Assembly (NCBI RefSeq): GCF_009914755.1
Contig: NC_060937.1
Strand: one strand, 5' to 3'
Length of the DNA: 64,000 nt
Source: the human T2T-CHM13v2.0 reference genome, Homo sapiens
Of this stretch, positions 12,701-24,700 are shown piece after piece. A program made the position numbers and the translations under genes. The notes beneath the pieces are model-generated. The model searched no databases. It was not told the origin of the DNA and saw only the letters and a program-made list of their open reading frames with translations. The stretch's first letter is position 1. The number at the start of each line of letters is the position of its first letter.

Positions 12701-15700
12701 CAAAACTGCTCTATCAATAGAAAGGTTCAACTCTTTTAGTTGAGTACACACATCACAAACAAGTTTCTGAGAATGCTTCTGTCTGGCTTTTATTGGAAGA
12801 CGTTTCCTTTTCACCAAAGGCATCAAAGCGCTCCAAATGTCCACTTCCAGATTCTTCCAAAAGAGTGTTTGAAACGTGCTCAAAGTAAGGGAATGTTCAA
12901 CTCTGTGACTTGAATGCAGATATCACCAAGTAGTTTCTAATAGTGCTTCTGTCTAGATTTTAGATGATGATATTCCCGTTTCCAACGAAATCGTTAGAGC
13001 TATCCAAATATCCACTTACAGTTGCTACAAAAACAGTGTTTCCAAACTGCTGCATCAAAAGAAAGGTTCAACTCTGTTAGTTGAGGACACACGTCACAAA
13101 GAAGTTTGTGAGAATGCTTCTGTCTAGATTTTGTATGACGATATTCCCTTTTCCAACGATATCATTAAAGCAATCTAAATATCCATTTGCAGAATCCACA
13201 AAAATAGAGTTTCAAAGCTGCTCTGTAAAAAGAAAGGTTCCACTCTGTTAGCTGAGTACACACATCACAAACTTGTTTCTCAGAATCCTTCTGTCTCGTT
13301 TTTATGGGAAGATATTTACTTTTTCACCGTAGGCATCAAAGCGCTCCAAATGTCCACATCCAGATACTCCAGAAAGAGTGTTTCAAACCTGCTCTATGAA
13401 AGGGAATCTTCAACTCTATGAGTTGAATGCAGACATCAGAAAGAAATTTCTGAGAATGCTGCTGTCTACCTTTTATTTGAATTCCCGCTTCCAACGAAAT
13501 CCTCCAAGCTATCCAAATATCCACTTGCAGATTCCACAAAAAGAGTGTTTCAAAACTGCTCTCTATCAATGGCAAAGTTCAACTCTGTTAGTTGAGGACA
13601 CATATCACCAACAAGTTTCTGAGAATGCTTCTGTCTATTTTTTATGGGAAGATATTTCCTTTTTCACCGTAGGCGTCAAGGCGATCGAAATGTCCACTTC
13701 CACAAACTACAAAAAGAGTGTTTCAAACCTGCTCTATGAAAGGCCATGTTCATGTCTATGAGTCGAATGGAAATATCCGAAAGAAATTTCTGGGAATGCT
13801 GCTGTCTAGTTTTTATACGAATTCCCGCTTCCAACGAAATCCTCAAAGCAATCCAAATATCCACTTGCAGAATCCACAAAAAGAGTGTTTCAAAACTGCT
13901 CTATCAATAGAAAGGTTCAACTCTTTTAGTTGAGTACACACATCACAAACAAGTTTCTGAGAATGCTTCTGTCTGGCTTTTATTGGAAGACGTTTCCTTT
14001 TCACCAAAGGCATCAAAGCGCTCCAAATGTCCACTTCCAGATTCTTCCAAAAGAGTGTTTGAAACGTGCTCAAAGTAAGGGAATGTTCAACTCTGTGACT
14101 TGAATGCAGATATCACCAAGTAGTTTCTAATAGTGCTTCTGTCTAGATTTTAGATGATGATATTCCCGTTTCCAACGAAATCGTTAGAGCTATCCAAATA
14201 TCCACTTACAGTTGCTACAAAAACAGTGTTTCCAAACTGCTGCATCAAAAGAAAGGTTCAACTCTGTTAGTTGAGGACACACGTCACAAAGAAGTTTGTG
14301 AGAATGCTTCTGTCTAGATTTTGTATGACGATATTCCCTTTTCCAACGATATCATTAAAGCAATCTAAATATCCATTTGCAGAATCCACAAAAATAGAGT
14401 TTCAAAGCTGCTCTGTAAAAAGAAAGGTTCCACTCTGTTAGCTGAGTACACACATCACAAACTTGTTTCTCAGAATCCTTCTGTCTCGTTTTTATGGGAA
14501 GATATTTACTTTTTCACCGTAGGCATCAAAGCGCTCCAAATGTCCACATCCAGATACTCCAGAAAGAGTGTTTCAAACCTGCTCTATGAAAGGGAATCTT
14601 CAACTCTATGAGTTGAATGCAGACATCAGAAAGAAATTTCTGAGAATGCTGCTGTCTACCTTTTATTTGAATTCCCGCTTCCAACGAAATCCTCCAAGCT
14701 ATCCAAATATCCACTTGCAGATTCCACAAAAAGAGTGTTTCAAAACTGCTCTCTATCAATGGCAAAGTTCAACTCTGTTAGTTGAGGACACATATCACCA
14801 ACAAGTTTCTGAGAATGCTTCTGTCTATTTTTTATGGGAAGATATTTCCTTTTTCACCGTAGGCGTCAAGGCGATCGAAATGTCCACTTCCACAAACTAC
14901 AAAAAGAGTGTTTCAAACCTGCTCTATGAAAGGCCATGTTCATCTCTATGAGTCGAATGGAAATATCCGAAAGAAATTTCTGGGAATGCTGCTGTCTAGT
15001 TTTTATACGAATTCCCGCTTCCAACGAAATCCTCAAAGCAATCCAAATATCCACTTGCAGAATCCACAAAAAGAGTGTTTCAAAACTGCTCTATCAATAG
15101 AAAGGTTCAACTCTTTTAGTTGAGTACACACATCACAAACAAGTTTCTGAGAATGCTTCTGTCTGGCTTTTATTGGAAGACGTTTCCTTTTCACCAAAGG
15201 CATCAAAGCGCTCCAAATGTCCACTTCCAGATTCTTCCAAAAGAGTGTTTGAAACGTGCTCAAAGTAAGGGAATGTTCAACTCTGTGACTTGAATGCAGA
15301 TATCACCAAGTAGTTTCTAATAGTGCTTCTGTCTAGATTTTAGATGATGATATTCCCGTTTCCAACGAAATCGTTAGAGCTATCCAAATATCCACTTACA
15401 GTTTCTACAAAAAGAGTGTTTCCAAACTGCTGCATCAAAAGAAAGGTTCAACTCTGTTAGTTGAGGACACACATCACAAAGAAGTTTGTGAGAATGCTTC
15501 TGTCTATATTTTGTATGACCATATTCCCTTTTCCAGCGATATCATTAAAGCAATCTAAATATCCATTTGCAGAATCCACAAAAATAGAGTTTCAAAGCTG
15601 CTCTGTAAAAAGAAAGGTTCCACTCTGTTAGCTGAGTACACACATCACAAACTTGTTTCTCAGAATCCTTCTGTCTCGTTTTTCTGGGAAGATATTTACT

Positions 15701-15715
15701 TTTTCACCGTAGGCA
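9766..15715 (-). repeat. Run of five consecutive A blocks
   Basis: Starts at 9766, 10956, 12146, 13336, 14526 with no B block between them. Confidence 0.96.
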
Positions 15716-18700
15716 TCAAAGCGCTCCAAATGTCCACATCCAGATACTCCAGAAAGAGTGTTTCAAACCTGCTCTATGAAAGGGAATCTTCAACTCTATG
15801 AGTTGAATGCAGACATCAGAAAGAAATTTCTGAGAATGCTGCTGTCTACCTTTTATTTGAACTCCCGCTTCCAACGAAATCCTCCAAGCTATCCAAATAT
15901 CCACTTGCATTTTCCACAAAAAGAGTGCTTCAAAACTGCTCTATCAATAAATGTTCAACTCCTTTAGCTGGGTGCACACATCACAAACAAGTTTCTGAGA
16001 ATGCTTCTGTCTAGTTTTTATGGGAAGACATTCCCTTTTTCACCAAAGGCATCAAAGCGCTCCAAATGTCCACTTCCAGACACTACAAAAAGAGTGTTTC
16101 CAACGTGCTCTAAGAAAGCGAATGTTCAACTCTGTGACTTGAATGCAGATATCACAAAGTAGTTTCTGAGAGGGCTTCTGTCTAGGTTTTAGATGATGAT
16201 ATTCCCGTTTCCAACGAAATCATTAGAGCTATCCAAATATCCACTTACGGTTTCTACAAAAAGAGTGTTTCCAAACTGCTGCATCAAAAGAGAGGTTCCA
16301 CTCTGTTAGCTGAGTACACACATCACAAACTTGTTTCTGAGAATCCTTCTGTGTCGTTTTTATGGGAAGATATTTACTTTTTCACCGTAGGCATCAAAGC
16401 GCTCCAAATGTCCACATCCAGATACTCCAGAAAGAGTGTTTCAAACCTGCTCTATGAAAGGGAATCTTCAACTCTATGAGTTGAATGCAGACATCAGAAA
16501 GAAATTTCTGAGAATGCTGCTGTCTACCTTTTATTTGAATTCCCGCTTCCAACGAAATCCTCCAAGCTATCCAAATATCCACTTGCAGATTCCACAAAAA
16601 GAGTGTTTCAAAACTGCTCTCTATCAATGGCAAAGTTCAACTCTGTTAGTTGAGGACACATATCACCAACAAGTTTCTGAGAATGCTTCTGTCTATTTTT
16701 TATGGGAAGATATTTCCTTTTTCACCGTAGGCGTCAAGGCGATCGAAATGTCCACTTCCACAAACTACAAAAAGAGTGTTTCAAACCTGCTCTATGAAAG
16801 GCCATGTTCATCTCTATGAGTCGAATGGAAATATCCGAAAGAAATTTCTGGGAATGCTGCTGTCTAGTTTTTATACGAATTCCCGCTTCCAACGAAATCC
16901 TCAAAGCAATCCAAATATCCACTTGCAGAATCCACAAAAAGAGTGTTTCAAAACTGCTCTATCAATAGAAAGGTTCAACTCTTTTAGTTGAGTACACACA
17001 TCACAAACAAGTTTCTGAGAATGCTTCTGTCTGGCTTTTATTGGAAGACGTTTCCTTTTCACCAAAGGCATCAAAGCGCTCCAAATGTCCACTTCCAGAT
17101 TCTTCCAAAAGAGTGTTTGAAACGTGCTCAAAGTAAGGGAATGTTCAACTCTGTGACTTGAATGCAGATATCACCAAGTAGTTTCTAATAGTGCTTCTGT
17201 CTAGATTTTAGATGATGATATTCCCGTTTCCAACGAAATCGTTAGAGCTATCCAAATATCCACTTACAGTTGCTACAAAAACAGTGTTTCCAAACTGCTG
17301 CATCAAAAGAAAGGTTCAACTCTGTTAGTTGAGGACACACATCACAAAGAAGTTTGTGAGAATGCTTCTGTCTAGATTTTGTATGACGATATTCCCTTTT
17401 CCAACGATATCGTTAAAGCAATCTAAATATCCATTTGCAGAATCCACAAAAATAGAGTTTCAAAGCTGCTCTGTAAAAAGAAAGGTTCCACTCTGTTAGC
17501 TGAGTACACACATCACAAACTTGTTTCTCAGAATCCTTCTGTCTCGTTTTTATGGGAAGATATTTACTTTTTCACCGTAGGCATCAAAGCGCTCCAAATG
17601 TCCACATCCAGATACTCCAGAAAGAGTGTTTCAAACCTGCTCTATGAAAGGGAATCTTCAACTCTATGAGTTGAATGCAGACATCAGAAAGAAATTTCTG
17701 AGAATGCTGCTGTCTACCTTTTATTTGAATTCCCGCTTCCAACGAAATCCTCCAAGCTATCCAAATATCCACTTGCAGATTCCACAAAAAGAGTGTTTCA
17801 AAACTGCTCTCTATCAATGGCAAAGTTCAACTCTGTTAGTTGAGGACACATATCACCAACAAGTTTCTGAGAATGCTTCTGTCTATTTTTTATGGGAAGA
17901 TATTTCCTTTTTCACCGTAGGCGTCAAGGCGATCGAAATGTCCACTTCCACAAACTACAAAAAGAGTGTTTCAAACCTGCTCTATGAAAGGCCATGTTCA
18001 TCTCTATGAGTCGAATGGAAATATCCGAAAGAAATTTCTGGGAATGCTGCTGTCTAGTTTTTATACGAATTCCCGCTTCCAACGAAATCCTCAAAGCAAT
18101 CCAAATATCCACTTGCAGAATCCACAAAAAGAGTGTTTCAAAACTGCTCTATCAATAGAAAGGTTCAACTCTTTTAGTTGAGTACACACATCACAAACAA
18201 GTTTCTGAGAATGCTTCTGTCTGGCTTTTATTGGAAGACGTTTCCTTTTCACCAAAGGCATCAAAGCGCTCCAAATGTCCACTTCCAGATTCTTCCAAAA
18301 GAGTGTTTGAAACGTGCTCAAAGTAAGGGAATGTTCAACTCTGTGACTTGAATGCAGATATCACCAAGTAGTTTCTAATAGTGCTTCTGTCTAGATTTTA
18401 GATGATGATATTCCCGTTTCCAACGAAATCGTTAGAGCTATCCAAATATCCACTTACAGTTTCTACAAAAAGAGTGTTTCCAAACTGCTGCATCAAAAGA
18501 AAGGTTCAACTCTGTTAGTTGAGGACACACATCACAAAGAAGTTTGTGAGAATGCTTCTGTCTATATTTTGTATGACCATATTCCCTTTTCCAGCGATAT
18601 CATTAAAGCAATCTAAATATCCATTTGCAGAATCCACAAAAATAGAGTTTCAAAGCTGCTCTGTAAAAAGAAAGGTTCCACTCTGTTAGCTGAGTACACA

Positions 18701-21700
18701 CATCACAAACTTGTTTCTCAGAATCCTTCTGTCTCGTTTTTATGGGAAGATATTTACTTTTTCACCGTAGGCATCAAAGCGCTCCAAATGTCCACATCCA
18801 GATACTCCAGAAAGAGTGTTTCAAACCTGCTCTATGAAAGGGAATCTTCAACTCTATGAGTTGAATGCAGACATCAGAAAGAAATTTCTGAGAATGCTGC
18901 TGTCTACCTTTTATTTGAATTCCCGCTTCCAACGAAATCCTCCAAGCTATCCAAATATCCACCTGCATTTTCCACAAAAAGAGCGTTTCAAAACTGCTCT
19001 ATCAATAGAAATGTTCAACTCCTTTGGCTGGGTACACACATCACAAACAAGTTTCTGAGAATGCTTCTGTCTAGTTTTTATGGGAAGACATTCCCTTTTT
19101 CACCAAAGGCATCAAAGCGCTCCAAATGTCCACTTCCAGACACTACAAAAAGAGTGTTTCCAACGTGCTCTAAGAAAGCGAATGTTCAACTCTGTGACTT
19201 GAATGCAGATATCACAAAGTAGTTTCTGAGAGGGCTTCTGTCTAGATTTTAGATGATGATATTCCCGTTTCCAACGAAATCATTAGAGCTATCCAAATAT
19301 CCACTTACAGTTTCTACAAAAAGAGTGTTTCCAAACTGCTGCATCAAAAGAGAGGTTCCACTCTGTTAGCTGAGTACACACATCACAAACTTGTTTCTCA
19401 GAATCCTTCTGTCTCGTTTTTCTGGGAAGATATTTACTTTTTCACCGTAGGCATCAAAGCGCTCCAAATGTCCACATCCAGATACTCCAGAAAGAGTGTT
19501 TCAAACCTGCTCTATGAAAGGGAATCTTCAACTCTATGAGTTGAATGCAGACATCAGAAAGAAATTTCTGAGAATGCTGCTGTCTACCTTTTATTTGAAT
19601 TCCCGCTTCCAACGAAATCCTCCAAGCTATCCAAATATCCACTTGCAGATTCCACAAAAAGAGTGTTTCAAAACTGCTCTCTATCAATGGCAAAGTTCAA
19701 CTCTGTTAGTTGAGGACACATATCACCAACAAGTTTCTGAGAATGCTTCTGTCTATTTTTTATGGGAAGATATTTCCTTTTTCACCGTAGGCGTCAAGGC
19801 GATCGAAATGTCCACTTCCACAAACTACAAAAAGAGTGTTTCAAACCTGCTCTATGAAAGGCCATGTTCATGTCTATGAGTCGAATGGAAATATCCGAAA
19901 GAAATTTCTGGGAATGCTGCTGTCTAGTTTTTATACGAATTCCCGCTTCCAACGAAATCCTCAAAGCAATCCAAATATCCACTTGCAGAATCCACAAAAA
20001 GAGTGTTTCAAAACTGCTCTATCAATAGAAAGGTTCAACTCTTTTAGTTGAGTACACACATCACAAACAAGTTTCTGAGAATGCTTCTGTCTGGCTTTTA
20101 TTGGAAGACGTTTCCTTTTCACCAAAGGCATCAAAGCGCTCCAAATGTCCACTTCCAGATTCTTCCAAAAGAGTGTTTGAAACGTGCTCAAAGTAAGGGA
20201 ATGTTCAACTCTGTGACTTGAATGCAGATATCACCAAGTAGTTTCTAATAGTGCTTCTGTCTAGATTTTAGATGATGATATTCCCGTTTCCAACGAAATC
20301 GTTAGAGCTATCCAAATATCCACTTACAGTTGCTACAAAAACAGTGTTTCCAAACTGCTGCATCAAAAGAAAGGTTCAACTCTGTTAGTTGAGGACACAC
20401 GTCACAAAGAAGTTTGTGAGAATGCTTCTGTCTAGATTTTGTATGACGATATTCCCTTTTCCAACGATATCATTAAAGCAATCTAAATATCCATTTGCAG
20501 AATCCACAAAAATAGAGTTTCAAAGCTGCTCTGTAAAAAGAAAGGTTCCACTCTGTTAGCTGAGTACACACATCACAAACTTGTTTCTCAGAATCCTTCT
20601 GTCTCGTTTTTCTGGGAAGATATTTACTTTTTCACCGTAGGCATCAAAGCGCTCCAAATGTCCACATCCAGATACTCCAGAAAGAGTGTTTCAAACCTGC
20701 TCTATGAAAGGGAATCTTCAACTCTATGAGTTGAATGCAGACATCAGAAAGAAATTTCTGAGAATGCTGCTGTCTACCTTTTATTTGAATTCCCGCTTCC
20801 AACGAAATCCTCCAAGCTATCCAAATATCCACTTGCAGATTCCACAAAAAGAGTGTTTCAAAACTGCTCTCTATCAATGGCAAAGTTCAACTCTGTTAGT
20901 TGAGGACACATATCACCAACAAGTTTCTGAGAATGCTTCTGTCTATTTTTTATGGGAAGATATTTCCTTTTTCACCGTAGGCGTCAAGGCGATCGAAATG
21001 TCCACTTCCACAAACTACAAAAAGAGTGTTTCAAACCTGCTCTATGAAAGGCCATGTTCATCTCTATGAGTCGAATGGAAATATCCGAAAGAAATTTCTG
21101 GGAATGCTGCTGTCTAGTTTTTATACGAATTCCCGCTTCCAACGAAATCCTCAAAGCAATCCAAATATCCACTTGCAGAATCCACAAAAAGAGTGTTTCA
21201 AAACTGCTCTATCAATAGAAAGGTTCAACTCTTTTAGTTGAGTACACACATCACAAACAAGTTTCTGAGAATGCTTCTGTCTGGCTTTTATTAGAAGACG
21301 TTTCCTTTTCACCAAAGGCATCAAAGCACTCCAAATGTCCACTTCCAGATTCTTCCAAAAGAGTGTTTGAAACGTGCTCAAAGTAAGGGAATGTTCAACT
21401 CTGTGACTTGAATGCAGATATCACCAAGTAGTTTCTAATAGTGCTTCTGTCTAGATTTTAGATGATGATATTCCCGTTTCCAACGAAATCGTTAGAGCTA
21501 TCCAAATATCCACTTACAGTTTCTACAAAAAGAGTGTTTCCAAACTGCTGCATCAAAAGAAAGGTTCAACTCTGTTAGTTGAGGACACACATCACAAAGA
21601 AGTTTGTGAGAATGCTTCTGTCTATATTTTGTATGACCATATTCCCTTTTCCAGCGATATCATTAAAGCAATCTAAATATCCATTTGCAGAATCCACAAA

Positions 21701-24700
21701 AATAGAGTTTCAAAGCTGCTCTGTAAAAAGAAAGGTTCCACTCTGTTAGCTGAGTACACACATCACAAACTTGTTTCTCAGAATCCTTCTGTCTCGTTTT
21801 TCTGGGAAGATATTTACTTTTTCACCGTAGGCATCAAAGCGCTCCAAATGTCCACATCCAGATACTCCAGAAAGAGTGTTTCAAACCTGCTCTATGAAAG
21901 GGAATCTTCAACTCTATGAGTTGAATGCAGACATCAGAAAGAAATTTCTGAGAATGCTGCTGTCTACCTTTTATTTGAATTCCCGCTTCCAACGAAATCC
22001 TCCAAGCTATCCAAATATCCACCTGCATTTTCCACAAAAAGAGCGTTTCAAAACTGCTCTATCAATAGAAATGTTCAACTCCTTTGGCTGGGTACACACA
22101 TCACAAACAAGTTTCTGAGAATGCTTCTGTCTAGTTTTTATGGGAAGACATTCCCTTTTTCACCAAAGGCATCAAAGCGCTCCAAATGTCCACTTCCAGA
22201 CACTACAAAAAGAGTGTTTCCAACGTGCTCTAAGAAAGCGAATGTTCAACTCTGTGACTTGAATGCAGATATCACAAAGTAGTTTCTGAGAGGGCTTCTG
22301 TCTAGATTTTAGATGATGATATTCCCTTTTCCAACGAAATCATTAGAGCTATCCAAATATCCACTTACAGTTTCTACAAAAAGAGTGTTTCCAAACTGCT
22401 GCATCAAAAGAGAGGTTCCACTCTGTTAGCTGAGTACACACATCACAAACTTGTTTCTCAGAATCCTTCTGTCTCGTTTTTCTGGGAAGATATTTACTTT
22501 TTCACCGTAGGCATCAAAGCGCTCCAAATGTCCACATCCAGATACTCCAGAAAGAGTGTTTCAAACCTGCTCTATGAAAGGGAATCTTCAACTCTATGAG
22601 TTGAATGCAGACATCAGAAAGAAATTTCTGAGAATGCTGCTGTCTACCTTTTATTTGAATTCCCGCTTCCAACGAAATCCTCCAAGCTATCCAAATATCC
22701 ACTTGCAGATTCCACAAAAAGAGTGTTTCAAAACTGCTCTCTATCAATGGCAAAGTTCAACTCTGTTAGTTGAGGACACATATCACCAACAAGTTTCTGA
22801 GAATGCTTCTGTCTATTTTTTATGGGAAGATATTTCCTTTTTCACCGTAGGCGTCAAGGCGATCGAAATGTCCACTTCCACAAACTACAAAAAGAGTGTT
22901 TCAAACCTGCTCTATGAAAGGCCATGTTCATGTCTATGAGTCGAATGGAAATATCCGAAAGAAATTTCTGGGAATGCTGCTGTCTAGTTTTTATACGAAT
23001 TCCCGCTTCCAACGAAATCCTCAAAGCAATCCAAATATCCACTTGCAGAATCCACAAAAAGAGTGTTTCAAAACTGCTCTATCAATAGAAAGGTTCAACT
23101 CTTTTAGTTGAGTACACACATCACAAACAAGTTTCTGAGAATGCTTCTGTCTGGCTTTTATTGGAAGACGTTTCCTTTTCACCAAAGGCATCAAAGCGCT
23201 CCAAATGTCCACTTCCAGATTCTTCCAAAAGAGTGTTTGAAACGTGCTCAAAGTAAGGGAATGTTCAACTCTGTGACTTGAATGCAGATATCACCAAGTA
23301 GTTTCTAATAGTGCTTCTGTCTAGATTTTAGATGATGATATTCCCGTTTCCAACGAAATCGTTAGAGCTATCCAAATATCCACTTACAGTTGCTACAAAA
23401 ACAGTGTTTCCAAACTGCTGCATCAAAAGAAAGGTTCAACTCTGTTAGTTGAGGACACACGTCACAAAGAAGTTTGTGAGAATGCTTCTGTCTAGATTTT
23501 GTATGACGATATTCCCTTTTCCAACGATATCATTAAAGCAATCTAAATATCCATTTGCAGAATCCACAAAAATAGAGTTTCAAAGCTGCTCTGTAAAAAG
23601 AAAGGTTCCACTCTGTTAGCTGAGTACACACATCACAAACTTGTTTCTCAGAATCCTTCTGTCTCGTTTTTATGGGAAGATATTTACTTTTTCACCGTAG
23701 GCATCAAAGCGCTCCAAATGTCCACATCCAGATACTCCAGAAAGAGTGTTTCAAACCTGCTCTATGAAAGGGAATCTTCAACTCTATGAGTTGAATGCAG
23801 ACATCAGAAAGAAATTTCTGAGAATGCTGCTGTCTACCTTTTATTTGAATTCCCGCTTCCAACGAAATCCTCCAAGCTATCCAAATATCCACTTGCAGAT
23901 TCCACAAAAAGAGTGTTTCAAAACTGCTCTCTATCAATGGCAAAGTTCAACTCTGTTAGTTGAGGACACATATCACCAACAAGTTTCTGAGAATGCTTCT
24001 GTCTATTTTTTATGGGAAGATATTTCCTTTTTCACCGTAGGCGTCAAGGCGATCGAAATGTCCACTTCCACAAACTACAAAAAGAGTGTTTCAAACCTGC
24101 TCTATGAAAGGCCATGTTCATCTCTATGAGTCGAATGGAAATATCCGAAAGAAATTTCTGGGAATGCTGCTGTCTAGTTTTTATACGAATTCCCGCTTCC
24201 AACGAAATCCTCAAAGCAATCCAAATATCCACTTGCAGAATCCACAAAAAGAGTGTTTCAAAACTGCTCTATCAATAGAAAGGTTCAACTCTTTTAGTTG
24301 AGTACACACATCACAAACAAGTTTCTGAGAATGCTTCTGTCTGGCTTTTATTGGAAGACGTTTCCTTTTCACCAAAGGCATCAAAGCGCTCCAAATGTCC
24401 ACTTCCAGATTCTTCCAAAAGAGTGTTTGAAACGTGCTCAAAGTAAGGGAATGTTCAACTCTGTGACTTGAATGCAGATATCACCAAGTAGTTTCTAATA
24501 GTGCTTCTGTCTAGATTTTAGATGATGATATTCCCGTTTCCAACGAAATCGTTAGAGCTATCCAAATATCCACTTACAGTTTCTACAAAAAGAGTGTTTC
24601 CAAACTGCTGCATCAAAAGAAAGGTTCAACTCTGTTAGTTGAGGACACACATCACAAAGAAGTTTGTGAGAATGCTTCTGTCTAGATTTTGTATGACCAT

